A stretch of DNA of 61,027 nt, filler included, from 8 parts of 8 records of this genome joined end to end with filler, not necessarily neighbours in it; one strand, 5' to 3'; positions 18,103 through 29,467 are shown, counted from the first letter of the whole stretch. Program-made: numbers and translations. Notes: generated by a model not told the origin, from the letters alone.

Positions 18103-19640
18103 TTAAGTAAATATTGTGGGAAGATCAACAAAGACTTTCGTGTACTGCCCTTCCTTACTCTCAAGTCTGAGATACCCTCCATGATTTTTGATGATACCGT
18201 GACTGATGGATAGCCCAAGTCCGGTTCCTTCGCCTTGGGGTTTTGTGGAAAAAAACGGTTCCATGCTCTTTTCGATCATATCACCAGGAACCCCGACACC
18301 ATTGTCCTGAAAAGTCACTCGGAGGTATGCTTTTCCTTCAAGGTCATGATGTTCACCATTAATTTGAAGCACCTTTTTATCAGGGAGATTCCCAAATTTT
18401 CTTTTCAGAGCATACCGGGCATTGCTGATGATGTTTAGAAATACCTGCTGCAGTTCCTGGGGAGAGGCGTTAATTTCAGGCAAATCTTCAGGAAGATGGA
18501 GTCGAAGTTGAATACCATCTTTTGCAATCTGTCTTTCAACCAACTCGAGGGTCAATTTCAGTAAGGCTCGAATATGCACACACGCGCGCTCTTCTTTGTC
18601 ACCCTTGGCAAATGAGAGTAGATTTTTTACTATTTTGGCCACTCTTTCGGCATCCTGAACAATGCGTTCCGGAATTTTTCTGTCCCCGCCAAGCTGATGG
18701 AACTTATCCGCCAATACCTCTGAAATCGTTATGATTCCGGTAATTGGGTTGTTTATTTCATGGGCCACTCCCGCAGCAAGTTCTCCCAGAGAAGCCAGAT
18801 GGGCCGTTCGGATGGCTTCGGCCTGTATCATTTTTTTTCAGTAATATCCGTTGCAATGCTCCCGATCTGCATGGGATTCCCCTCATCATCGTAGATCACA
18901 ATTGTTCTTTCATCGAGCCATCTGACCTCGCCGTCATCTCTGACAATCCGATACTCGCATTGAGACTGCCCGGTTTCAAACAGCCTATCCGCCTTTTGTC
19001 GTACGTTTTCTTGATCTGCCGGGAATATCATATCTATCCAAAAATCCGAATATTCATATAGCTCGGAAAGCCTTCTTCCATAGACATCCGCCGTGGCCGT
19101 ATTGATATATAGCATGTTTCCATCAAGATCCTTTGCCCAGACAGCGTCGTTAACGGCATTGAACAATCTGTTAAATTGGAAATCGGACTCTTTCAGCAGT
19201 TGGGTTTTTTTATTAATCACTTTGATCAACTTTCGATTGAGCGTCTGTTGTGTTTTATCAATACGCGCCCTGTGTAAGCCCAGTTTTACAGCCGTGATCA
19301 AATCATAGTTGTCAAAAGGTTTAATAATACATCCCAATGGTTCTATTTGTTCTAATTTATCAAATATTGATCTATCGTAATGGCAAGCTAAAAAAATGAC
19401 GGACACTCCATACTGTTCTTTCATACAAAGAGCACTCTCTATCCCATCATTCGTGGGCGTTTTCAGATCAATATCCATCAGAACAAGATCGGGATTCTTT
19501 GATTGGACAAGCTCAAGTGCTTTTTTACCTGAGTCTGCCTTCCCGCAGACCCGGAATCCTTTGGATTCCAAAATGGATTCAATTGACAACGCAGTGACAT
19601 TCTCATCTTCAACAATCAATATCTTGCCTGAATCATTCAA
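18103..19640 (-). CDS. Hybrid REC-PAS-histidine kinase, split by a frameshift in an A8 run at 18831-18838
   Basis: REC (ILIVEDE..LVLMDIDL) and PAS ending DITEKK, continuing in the -1 frame as MIQAEAIRTAHLASLGELAAGVAHEINNP (HisKA) with HATPase N, G1, F and G2 boxes. The paralog at 21746 has DVTERKNMEAETIRAGHL contiguous. Confidence 0.85.
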
Positions 19641-19737
19641 CTGTTATTTCCCTCCAGATCGTTCTGTTCAGCCCAGTTATCTATTCATCTGATAAAAAAC
19701 AAAGAATATGGGGTGATATGCTTGTTTAACGATACTA

Positions 19738-19754
19738 ATCAATTTATGTACCAA
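19738..19754 (-). promoter_or_regulatory. Candidate sigma54 -24/-12 promoter
   Basis: Minus strand TTGGTACATAAATTGAT versus consensus YTGGCACGRNNNTTGCW; spacing is correct, but -12 is GA rather than GC. Confidence 0.5.
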
Positions 19755-19889
19755 GGAAATCAATGTTCTGAAAATTATTATATGATTCAAATAGATACGG
19801 TAATGAAGTCAGGTAGTTAGATCAAAGTAACCATATCTAAAAAACTATATGCATTCATGATTGTAACAGAATAAAGTGTGCGGCATATC

Positions 19890-19923
19890 GGTGTGCCATG
19901 GCCCACCATTGTGCCATGGCACA
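19890..19923. promoter_or_regulatory. Tandem palindromes, candidate bEBP upstream activating sequences
   Basis: GGTGTGCCATGGCCCACC (19890-19907) and TGTGCCATGGCACA (19910-19923). Confidence 0.55.
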
Positions 19924-19970
19924 CTAATTTTATCATGGGAATGAAATTGCAGATTGCGTTTTTTGAAAGG

Positions 19971-21746
19971 TCAATTGGGAGGTTGAGAAATGTTGAAGGC
20001 TTCGATTTTTCTATAGAGGGTTCTACGACCGATACCCAGCTGGCGTGCGGCCTTTGATTTGTTCCAATCGGTATTTTTCAATGTTTCAAGCAGACATCCT
20101 TTGGAAAGAGCTGATGATGGCTTGGAATATGACGTTTCACTGCCATCATTCCAATATTGCGTATCTGAAGAGAGGGGATTGCAATAGGCTCTTATTTCAA
20201 CCGGAAGATGAGCAACGCGTATGATTGTGTCGGGACATAACACAAACCCGTGTTCGATGGCATGTTTGAACTCCCTCACATTGCCGGGCCAGGGGTAATT
20301 CATGAAGCGTTGGATCACCTCAGTGGAACACCCCTCTATCTGCTTGGAGAATCTCTTGTTGAACAGATTCAGGAAATGGTCGGCAAGCAGGAGGATATCT
20401 TCTCTTCGTTCCCTGAGAGGCGGCAAAGGGAGATCCACAACTTTGATGCGGTAGTAAAGGTCTTCTCTGAATGTTCCTCGTTCAACTTTCTTCTTTAAAT
20501 CGCAATTTGTTGCGGTGACGATTCGGACATCCACCTGGATCGGCTTGGCATCTCCTACCCGTTCAAACTCCCTCTCCTGCAATACACGAAGTAGTTTCAA
20601 CTGAATCAAGGGCGATAGGTCACCAATCTCATCTAAAAAAATGGTTCCGTGATCCGCCATTTGAAACCGCCCCTGCTTATCCGAGAGCGCACCGGTAAAC
20701 GCCCCTTTAACGTGACCGAAGAGCTCACTTTCCAGCAAATTCTCCGATAAGGCACTGCAATTTACTTTGATAAAGGGATGCTCTTTCCGGGTGCTGTTAT
20801 AATGTGCCGCATGCGCCACCAACTCTTTTCCGGTTCCGGTCTCTCCGGTGATCAAAATCGTACTGTCCGTCCCGGAGAGATTGTCCAACAGGGAATATAT
20901 CTTTTGCATGGCATGGCTTTTACCAATGATCTTGTGGAATTGATGCCGTTTTTCCAGCTGACGCTCGAGGTGAGTCAGGCGGGTGATATCCCGGATAACC
21001 ATCAAGGCACCGTTTGCATTGCCGTTTCTCTCCGATTTAAGGGGGGTGGCGGTTAAAAGCGCCATTTGTTCGGGCTTTTGGGGGTGCCGACATTCGACAT
21101 TGATATCACTCAGCATGGAATTGGTCTCCAGGGCTTTTCTCAGGACATATGCGCAGGAACGACTGCATCCGGTGGGATCCCCATCAAATGGCTTTCCTTC
21201 CAGCGCTTTGGGAGAAACACCGCAAATCTTACCAAAGGCCACGTTCCCTTCCATGACGTTGAATCGATTGTCCACCGTGACAATGCCGTCTTTCAAGCTT
21301 TCAAAAATGGCCTCCATGTGGTGACGCACCCGGGCATTCTCCACTTGCAACGCCCTTTTGTGGTCCAACAGTTGTTTATGCTCCAGAGCTTTTTTGCAGA
21401 TCCCCGTCAATTTATCTCTACGAATGGGTTTGGGAATATAATCGAATGCACCCAGGCGCACGGCTTCAGCAGAAGTTTCGATATTGGGCTCCCCTGCAAT
21501 CACAATGACAGGGCACGCCAATCCTCTGTTTTTAACCTCCTGGAGAAGATCCATGCCTGTGGATCCCCCAAGAATGATATCGGTGATCAGAAGATCGGGG
21601 ACGACTTCAGATAGGATCTTAAGGGTTGAATCATAGTCCGGGGCCGTCATCACATCATAGCCTTGCTCGGAAAGGATCATTTCAAACCCGAACCGAATAT
21701 TCTCTTCGTCATCCGTGATTATAATTTTGGGTTTACTGGTTTTCAT
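19971..21746 (-). CDS. Sigma54-dependent NtrC-family response regulator (REC-PAS-AAA+-Fis HTH)
   Basis: GETGTGKE Walker A, ESELFGHVKGAFTGA, FLDEIG, YPWPGNVRE, NKSKAARQLGIGRRTLYRK. Confidence 0.95.
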   Translation of the reverse strand: MKTSKPKIIITDDEENIRFGFEMILSEQGYDVMTAPDYDSTLKILSEVVPDLLITDIILGGSTGMDLLQEVKNRGLACPVIVIAGEPNIETSAEAVRLGAFDYIPKPIRRDKLTGICKKALEHKQLLDHKRALQVENARVRHHMEAIFESLKDGIVTVDNRFNVMEGNVAFGKICGVSPKALEGKPFDGDPTGCSRSCAYVLRKALETNSMLSDINVECRHPQKPEQMALLTATPLKSERNGNANGALMVIRDITRLTHLERQLEKRHQFHKIIGKSHAMQKIYSLLDNLSGTDSTILITGETGTGKELVAHAAHYNSTRKEHPFIKVNCSALSENLLESELFGHVKGAFTGALSDKQGRFQMADHGTIFLDEIGDLSPLIQLKLLRVLQEREFERVGDAKPIQVDVRIVTATNCDLKKKVERGTFREDLYYRIKVVDLPLPPLRERREDILLLADHFLNLFNKRFSKQIEGCSTEVIQRFMNYPWPGNVREFKHAIEHGFVLCPDTIIRVAHLPVEIRAYCNPLSSDTQYWNDGSETSYSKPSSALSKGCLLETLKNTDWNKSKAARQLGIGRRTLYRKIEAFNISQPPN

Positions 21747-23643
21747 TACAACGCTCCAAGATAATAGATAGGCAACTCGACCATCATTTTGGTGAATTCA
21801 CCTTTTTTGCTCTCAAACTTCAGTGCCCCGCCATGTTTCTTGATGATTCCATGGCTGATGGAGAGGCCGAGACCGGTACCCTCTCCCTGGGGTTTGGTTG
21901 AAAAAAGGGGTTTAACACTCTTTGGAAGTGGGCTTCAGGGATTCCCGTGCCTCTGTCATGAAATGTTATCCGAACATGGGGTTGATCCTTTTCATGGATC
22001 GTCTCTCCCACAATTTCAAGGATCTTATTCTCATGGGGGCCGGGATACCTTGCCGTCAGCGCATAGCGGGCATTACTGATGAGGTTTAGAAATACTTGCT
22101 GGAGTTCCTGGGTCCTTGCGTTTACGATCAAATTTTCGGATGGCATTCTCACCATGAGGCAAATGCCGTCTTTACTAATCTGCTTCTCAACCAGCTCCAG
22201 AGTCAATTTCAAAATATCATCAATAAGGACCGGAGACATGTTCTCTTTTTTATCCCTTGCAAATGAAAGAAGGTTTTTTACGATTTTACCGATTCGTTCT
22301 CCTTCATTGACGATACGCTCCGGTATTTGTCTGTCCCCACCCATATCCTGAAACTGATCGGCAAGAATTTCGGCAATGGTAATGATACCGGTTACCGGAT
22401 TGTTTATCTCATGGGCCACCCCTGCAGCAAGTTCACCAAGGGACGCCAGATGACCTGCGCGAATCGTTTCCGCCTCCATGTTTTTTCTCTCTGTCACATC
22501 CCTGATAATCACTGTTGATTTTACCTTTCCCTCAGATGCTTCAAAGGGGGAAAAAATGATGTCGAAATAGTATTGATCAACATCGATTTCAAGTTGGCGC
22601 ACCTGGTTGTCATGGATGGACGAACTCATCCGGCAGAAACTGCATGGTCTCTCTTTTTTCCAGAAAATTTCATAGCAGGGTTTACCCATAGCATATCCGA
22701 ACTGATTGATGGAGACGGTATTTTGAAACTCAACAACGTACTCCTCATCGACAATATAGATGCTCTCCCCAATACTGTTCAAAATGGTTCGACATTTATC
22801 CCGCTCAACCCGTAAAGATTGGTTCATATTCATGACCTGTCGATTTTTACACTTCAGATCATGGGCCATTTCATTGAAACCGACAACCAGATCCCCAAGG
22901 ATATCCTTTCCGGAGTAAATCACCTGATGGTCAAAATCACCTTTCCCGATGCACTTTGCCCGTTTGGCAAGCTCCGAAATCGGATTGCTGATCAATAGCA
23001 CCAACGCGTATGTAAAAATCATTCCTGTGCCGGCAAATACAACAATGGAGGTCAAAACAAAGGCCATCAATTTGGCAATTTCCCGATTGACCTCCACCAT
23101 GGAAAAACCGATCTTCAATATGCCGTACGTCTCACCGCCAATTTGAATCTCGGCTGAATGCTCATACATGTCGGGTTGATTGTTTTCGTTAGAGTCGCTT
23201 CTCTTTTGATCAATGGCGTGGTCATGTAAGTTTGCAACCGGTTCAATGTCCGATCCGTTCTTTTGGATCGATGCCTTCTCTTGGGCATTCATGACCTCGT
23301 TATATAGCCGGCCGTCTTTGAGATGATCACTGTGGGAAAGGATCCGATTATTGCTTGTGTCGATCACAATGGCATAGTCGACATGATCCTCTTCAATCAA
23401 AATATCGACAATTTTATCGATGAGGGATTTATTAAAGAAGACCAATTCATTCGATAGGGAAAAGACAGCAAAGTTGGTCAATAATGTGTTTTGTTTTTTT
23501 TCCTTTTCCATCAGTTCCCGTTTCTCATATGATAGAATGGTGTATGAGAAGAATATGGCCGTTCCGGCGATCAAGATCATTGGAAATGCCATGAATTTGT
23601 AAGTAAAACTTCTCTCTTTGAAAATAAAGTCGAGTGGGTTCAT
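21746..23643 (-). CDS. Membrane HAMP-PAS sensor histidine kinase, frameshifted at 21901-21906
   Basis: Two TM segments, HAMP, PAS, GELAAGVAHEINNP. Adding one T after PFF restores STKPQGEGTGLGLSISHGIIKKHGG..ELP, ending in a TAATG overlap with the regulator start. Confidence 0.88.
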
Positions 23644-24117
23644 CACACAGCCTCTTCCCCATGGTGACATCATGCATATGTGTCAATTTTCTATCCAAAA
23701 GCTTGAAATTTTTTCATCCGGGCTTTCGTCATCACTAGTTCTCTTCATCGAATTAACTATCAGGCAAAATGAGAGATTTTCATTGAGAAGTCATTTCATT
23801 GTTTCATCCTAACCGGGTTTCAAAATGGGTGATTCTTATTTGTGTGACTAACAATCGTCACGGTTTTTCTATATTGATATCGACAAGATTTATAGATGAT
23901 TGATGTTAGAAAAGTATTAGTTTTTCATAATATCTTTGCTTGCCGGTTGACTTGCTCTCCCGTAATATTTAATTATCTTGTCTGTCGATAACCGGTATTA
24001 AATAGGTAATTATATTAACATTTTGTATTTTCGTTCGTTATGATTTCTAAATTGTCAAGATTTTATGTTTTTTGAGAAAACATGAACTTTTAGGAACCGG
24101 TCTTAAATAACTTGCCC

Positions 24118-24217
24118 NNNNNNNNNNNNNNNNNNNNNNNNNNNNNNNNNNNNNNNNNNNNTTAATTAATTAANNNNNNNNNNNNNNNNNNNNNNNNNNN
24201 NNNNNNNNNNNNNNNNN
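24118..24217. other. Artificial contig spacer
   Basis: N44-TTAATTAATTAA-N44. Confidence 0.99.
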
Positions 24218-24218
24218 A

Positions 24219-24839
24219 AAAAAGTGGATCTCCCATCCCATCAAGGATGATCCGGAAATTTTGGATCTTGCCGCCAAAGCCGGAGCCTGGTATGTCTACC
24301 AGGCGATTGTGGATACGTCGGATCACATCAAAGAACGGGTTAAACGGTATAAAGATCACGGGATACTTGTGGAAGGAACCATTATTTTGGGATGCGATAA
24401 AGTTGGAAAAAGCCCGGATCATGATGAGGATGAAATTAAGCGACTGGTTGATTTTTTGCTGGAGATCGATCTTGATATGGCGGAGTTTACCATCTTGACA
24501 CCCTTTCCCGGAAGTAACATCAGAAAACAGTATCAACAGGAGAACCGATTGCTGAGCAATGATTGGCGTCGATATACCTGTGATCAGGCCGTGTTTCAAC
24601 CAAAGAAAATGTCTCCGGAATCTCTTGAGAAGATGTATGCATATGCTTGGGAGACCTTTTATGAGAAATCTTCCAAAGAAGTGAGAATGGCCAAGCTCTT
24701 TTTGGATGTGATGAAAAAAGAGAAAAAGACGGCATCTACAGACGGTATGACGCTAGAGAGAAGAGAAAGTGGGGAAATAAAAGAGGTATTGAGACGCAAT
24801 CTGAAAAACCCATTGGTTATGGGCCAAACGGAACCGTGA
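24219..24839 (+). CDS. B12-binding radical SAM family protein, C-terminal fragment (5' truncated)
   Basis: Frame is open from the contig edge; GILVEGTIILG, AEFTILTPFPGS, DWRRYT..AVFQPKKMSPE..YAWETFY match the C-terminal part of this family. Confidence 0.7.
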   Translation, partial: KKWISHPIKDDPEILDLAAKAGAWYVYQAIVDTSDHIKERVKRYKDHGILVEGTIILGCDKVGKSPDHDEDEIKRLVDFLLEIDLDMAEFTILTPFPGSNIRKQYQQENRLLSNDWRRYTCDQAVFQPKKMSPESLEKMYAYAWETFYEKSSKEVRMAKLFLDVMKKEKKTASTDGMTLERRESGEIKEVLRRNLKNPLVMGQTEP

Positions 24840-24979
24840 CCCACGATTCGACAAACGGCGTTGATGTGGAGGCTTACGGTAAAACTGCAGCATCGCAATT
24901 GAATAAGTACGATTGCCGATACCCATGGTTTGAATAAACGCCTTGAATGGATTTGAGTTGAGAATCCGGGAACAATAGA

Positions 24980-26460
24980 GTGATGAAAATAGTACTTGTT
25001 GATTCAAATGTCGCAATATCTCCCTATCCGGTTTACCCCCTGGGCATGAGCATGGTGGCCCGTGGACTTGTGAATGCAGGGTATGAGGTGATTCAGTACG
25101 ACTTTCTTCAAAACGATCTCTCATTGGAGCGGTTGAAAGCGTGTATTGAGCGGGAAAATCCCGATGCGGTGGGGATCTCGATGAGAAATATCGACAATGT
25201 CAATCTCATGAATGAACAAAAATATATCGGCATTGTCAAACAGATTGTGGATGAGATCCGGAACACGACCGATGCCAAGGTGATTTTAGGGGGGACGGCA
25301 TTCTCTTTGCTGCCTGAGACCATTCTGGATCATCTCGGAGCGGATTACGGCATCGTGGGAGAAGGGGAAGCGCAGATGGTGGCGTTGATTAAAACCATCG
25401 AGCAGAATCGGGAACCGCCCAGCCCCATCCTCATCTCCGATTCCTGTATGACGGGAAAACAGATGCAAAGCGCCCTGTATGACCGAAAAATCATGGCCTA
25501 TTACTTGGAGAATGGGTCCATTGCCAATGTGCAGACCAAGCGGGGGTGCCCCAACAAGTGCGTCTACTGTTCCTATCCGGCGCTGGAAGGAAAACAGGTC
25601 CGGCCCAGGGATGTTCAGGATACCGTGGATGATATGGAGCGTCTTGCCCAAGATCATGATGCCAAGTTGATCTTTTTTACCGATTCCATTTTTAATGATG
25701 AGGAGGGGGAGTACATTTCCCTCTTGACTGAAATGGAGCGAAGAGGGCTTTCCATTCCGTGGAGTGCCTATATCAAGCCGGAGATGATTGACCAATCCGT
25801 GCTCGATCTCATGATCAGAACCGGGATACGCGGCGTGGAGTTAGGGTCGGATGGGGCCACGGATGAAACGCTGAGGGCGTTGGGAAAATCGTTTCGGTTC
25901 CGGGACATCATTGCCTGCAACAAGCTGTTTGCAGACAACAAGATTGCCACGGCCAACTTTTTCATGTTCGGGGCGCCCGGAGAGACCCGGGAGACCGCCC
26001 GTCAAGGGATTGAAAACGTTATTTCACTTAAGAATACTGTATCGTTTATGTTTATCGGTATTCGGATTCTTCCAGGGACGGCACTGCGGCATCTGGCTGT
26101 GAAACAGGGCATTCTTACCGGTGATGAAGATCTGTTGGAGCCGGTCTACTATATCTCTCCAACCGTGGAAAAAAATGGTTGGAGGAGACCATGGTGAGAG
26201 GATTCAAGCCGTATCGCCATTGCGTGTTTCCACCGGATGCTTACGACAGAAGCGTCAAATTCTTACAAAAGCTCGGTCATAGCGGGTTGATGTGGGATTT
26301 GCTACTTCCGAAATCGAAGAAGAGAGACCCGCATCAACGGGGAAGAAGACGACGATCGCTTTTCGGAGAAGGGGGAACTTCAGTGTGTGAAACGGCATCC
26401 ATGGGAGGTCCCATGCCGAAAAAGGGGGAATGTCCGATCCATATCCCCCAGAGACGATAA
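24980..26460 (+). CDS. Lipid-biosynthesis B12-binding/radical SAM protein, frameshifted in an A7 run at 26169-26175
   Basis: N-terminal B12-binding domain (PYPVYPLGMS, VGISMRNIDNVN, GEGE); KRGCPNKCVYC CxxxCxxC motif. Adding one A joins ..VEKKWLEETM..CVFPPD (ORF 26179-26460). Confidence 0.85.
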
Positions 26461-26469
26461 AAGAGGGAT

Positions 26470-27693
26470 GTGACAATGGTCGGCAATATTCAATGTGTCA
26501 TACCGGTTTATAACAATGCCGGGAGTGTGGGGGATATCGTTTCCCGGGTCAAACGCCACAACATCCCGGTTTTGGTGGTGGATGACGGCTCTACAGATGG
26601 AGATCTTGCCGCCCTTTTTGCCGATGAAAACGGGGTGACCGTCTTAACCCATGAGACCAATTCGGGGAAAGGGGCGGCCTTGGCAAGTGCGCTACGCTAT
26701 CTGAGAAAAGAGGGGGTGTCCCACATGATCACCATTGATGCCGATGGTCAGCATCATCCCGAGGATATCCCGACGTTTATCGATGCCATTGGAGCGGATC
26801 CCCAAGCCATATGGGTGGGAACACGGGATTTTGATCAGGCAGAGGTGCCTTCCTCCAGCCGGTTCGGTCGCAGATTCTCCAATATGTGGTTCAGGATCGA
26901 GACCGGAAAGGGGTGTTTAGATACCCAGAGCGGTTTTCGAGCCTACCCCATTGATCTGATTTCCCAGATCGAACTGAGGGGAAAGCAATATGATTTTGAA
27001 GTGGAGATTCTAGCCAGGGCCGCCTGGGCCGGAATTCCGGTAAAGGATATCCCGGTGAATGTCCATTATCCTGCGCCTGAAGAGCGGGTCTCCCATTTCA
27101 AGCCGTTCCGGGATAATCTTACCATTTCGTTGATGCATTCTCGATTGGTGGGGCGAAGACTGGTGCCGTTGCCCCATAAACAATTGCTTTTCTCCGCGTC
27201 TGAAAGTGAAGGGACAATAAATTACAAAAAATATTATAAAAAGGAATTACTGCGCCATCCCGGCGCGTTCTTGAAGATGCTCCTTCGGGAAAACGCCACT
27301 CCCATGGGGTTGGCATTGGCTGCAGCAGTGGGATCATTTATTGCCGTTTTGCCTCTGGTCGGCGTCCATACCCTGGTCATTTTGTATGTGGCGGCCAGGC
27401 TCCATTTGAATAAAATCATGGCGATTTCGATTCAGATTCTCTATTCTCCCCCTTTTGTCCCCTTTGTCTGTCTGGAGGTGGGTCATTTCATGCGACAAGG
27501 GAGATTTCTGACCGACTTTACCTTCTCTTCGCTAACAGAGCAGATTACAACCCCATGGTTTTTGGTGGACTGGCTTTTGGGATCCCTTGTCATGGCTCCG
27601 TTTTACGCGGTGGTGGCTTATTTCGGGGTGTATTACATTGCCGTCAATATTCAAAACAAAATGGCTTTGAAAAAAGAGATCCAAGAGAGCTGA
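26470..27693 (+). CDS. GT2 glycosyltransferase fused to a DUF2062 membrane domain
   Basis: VIPVYN, VVDDGSTD, GKGAAL, TIDADGQH, DTQSGFRAY, FEVEIL; hydrophobic C-terminal domain. Confidence 0.88.
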   Translation: MTMVGNIQCVIPVYNNAGSVGDIVSRVKRHNIPVLVVDDGSTDGDLAALFADENGVTVLTHETNSGKGAALASALRYLRKEGVSHMITIDADGQHHPEDIPTFIDAIGADPQAIWVGTRDFDQAEVPSSSRFGRRFSNMWFRIETGKGCLDTQSGFRAYPIDLISQIELRGKQYDFEVEILARAAWAGIPVKDIPVNVHYPAPEERVSHFKPFRDNLTISLMHSRLVGRRLVPLPHKQLLFSASESEGTINYKKYYKKELLRHPGAFLKMLLRENATPMGLALAAAVGSFIAVLPLVGVHTLVILYVAARLHLNKIMAISIQILYSPPFVPFVCLEVGHFMRQGRFLTDFTFSSLTEQITTPWFLVDWLLGSLVMAPFYAVVAYFGVYYIAVNIQNKMALKKEIQES

Positions 27694-27711
27694 CTTCAAA
27701 CAGGCCTGGAA

Positions 27712-28650
27712 ATGACAAAGACGCACGTCTCAAAACAAAGAGGAAATGCACCGGGATTCTGGTTTTTCAGACTATTTCTGCGCATGGGCGGACTCCATGC
27801 CGCATATTTTCTGTTATACGGTGTGGCACTCCACTATTGGCTCTTTGATGGAGAGGCCGTTAAATCCGCAGCAGCCTATTTACGTCGCCGGTTTCCGGAG
27901 AGCGGCCCCCTCATGATACGGATGAAATGTTACCGCCTCTTTGTCAGTCAAGGAAAACAGTTGATTGATCGGATGGCGGCATTTTCCGGTGCGGCGGCGT
28001 TCAATTTCCGACTGCGTGGGAAGGAAAATGTCGAAGCGCTTGCCCATCGAGAAGAGGGATTTGTATTGTTGACCGCCCATGCAGGGAATTGGCAGATTGC
28101 TTTGACCACGCTGTCTCGGTTTAATAAAAAGGTCTTTCTTGTGATGAATCCGGAACATAATGAAGCCGTTAAAGCGTCATTGGGAATTTCCGGTGACGGC
28201 GGTTTTATCGATACCATACCACCGGGAGGGAGCCCCGGGGATGTGGTCCGGATAATAAATTTACTCAAACAAGGGCACATTGTCTCTTTTATGGGAGACA
28301 GAACATATGAAGCGGTGTCCGGAGAAGTTTCATTTCTGGGGGAGCGTGCGGCATTTCCATTGGGCGCATTTGCCGTGGCAGCGGCAGCCAAGGTTCCGGT
28401 GGCTGTTTTATTGGCTTCAAGGCGGGGGTACCGGTCATATGACGTGGATTTAACCCACATCCTGAAACCGACGTACAAAAGAAAAGAGAGCAAAAAAGAG
28501 CAACTCATTGGCTGGGCCCAGGCATATGCCGATATTCTAGCCGATTTTTTCGATCAAGAGCCGTACCAATGTTTTCTGTTTTATGATGTGTGGAACGTAT
28601 CGGAAAAAAACAGACAATCAGCGGGTATTTCAGGCCACTTGACAACGTAA
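27712..28650 (+). CDS. Lipid A lauroyltransferase-like (LPLAT) acyltransferase
   Basis: LLTAHAGNWQ, SFMGDR, FLGERAAFPLGAF, PYQCFLFYDVW. Confidence 0.82.
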   Translation: MTKTHVSKQRGNAPGFWFFRLFLRMGGLHAAYFLLYGVALHYWLFDGEAVKSAAAYLRRRFPESGPLMIRMKCYRLFVSQGKQLIDRMAAFSGAAAFNFRLRGKENVEALAHREEGFVLLTAHAGNWQIALTTLSRFNKKVFLVMNPEHNEAVKASLGISGDGGFIDTIPPGGSPGDVVRIINLLKQGHIVSFMGDRTYEAVSGEVSFLGERAAFPLGAFAVAAAAKVPVAVLLASRRGYRSYDVDLTHILKPTYKRKESKKEQLIGWAQAYADILADFFDQEPYQCFLFYDVWNVSEKNRQSAGISGHLTT

Positions 28651-28755
28651 TCAATGACATTTATTGAACTTGCAAAGCCGGGATTTTCATCAAGAAAAAG
28701 CCGGCTTTGAAGAGAAATAGACGAGAAAAGTAGAATGGATTGTTAAGGAGTTTGT

Positions 28756-29055
28756 ATGGCAGTGACACAGAGTGCGGAAGAGATCCGCGAACAGTTGAAG
28801 CAATGTTTGGTTGAAGAGCTTTCCCTGGAAGATATCACTCCGGAGGAGATAAAGGATGATGAAATCCTTTTCGGAGACGAGGGGATGGGGCTGGATTCCC
28901 TGGATGCTGTGGAGATCGTTTTGATTCTCCAGCAGAACTGGGGGATCGATCTGACGGATCTGGATATGGAAAAGGGAAGGGAGATATTCGCTTCGCTGGA
29001 TGTCCTGGTACAATATATTTATGATCATGCCGATTATGACAAGGTCGAGCTCTAA
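28756..29055 (+). CDS. Acyl carrier protein
   Basis: Small acidic protein with LFGDEGMGLDSLDAVEI (phosphopantetheine Ser); RBS AAGGAG. Confidence 0.92.
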   Translation: MAVTQSAEEIREQLKQCLVEELSLEDITPEEIKDDEILFGDEGMGLDSLDAVEIVLILQQNWGIDLTDLDMEKGREIFASLDVLVQYIYDHADYDKVEL

Positions 29056-29058
29056 AGG

Positions 29059-29467
29059 ATGGAACGGCCCGAGGATATGCCAAGCCATGGGATAAAAAAG
29101 TGTGATGAGAAGCCCGATGCCGTTGTCGTTACGGGAATGGGCGTGATTTCCTCTTTGGGTGACGGGATTGAAGAGAGTTTCGTGTCGCTCTCCGGAAGTG
29201 ACATTGCGCCGACTTTTCCGGATATTTCCGGATGTACCATTGAAAAACCGGTATTCAAGGTGCAAAGTGAACTGCTGGGTTCCAAAGCCCGGTCCATGGA
29301 GGGAAACCGCACGTTGCAGCTTGCGAATCATGCGGTGCGTCAGGCGATGAGCCGGGCAAACCTGTTTGACGCCGACACGGAGGTCCCCCTTCGAATTGGA
29401 ATCTGCGCCGGAAGTACTGTGGCGGGACAGCTCAATGATATCGATTTTTACAGTGATTTCAAAAAAA
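29059..29467 (+). CDS. Beta-ketoacyl-ACP synthase family protein, N-terminal fragment
   Basis: VVVTGMGVISSLG, AVRQAM..A.L, RIGICAGST; truncated by the spacer. Confidence 0.8.

Noticed and set aside
19917-19935. TGGCAC as a plus-strand sigma54 promoter
   Set aside because: No -12 GC element at the right spacing and no plus-strand gene downstream; it is better explained as half of the palindrome.
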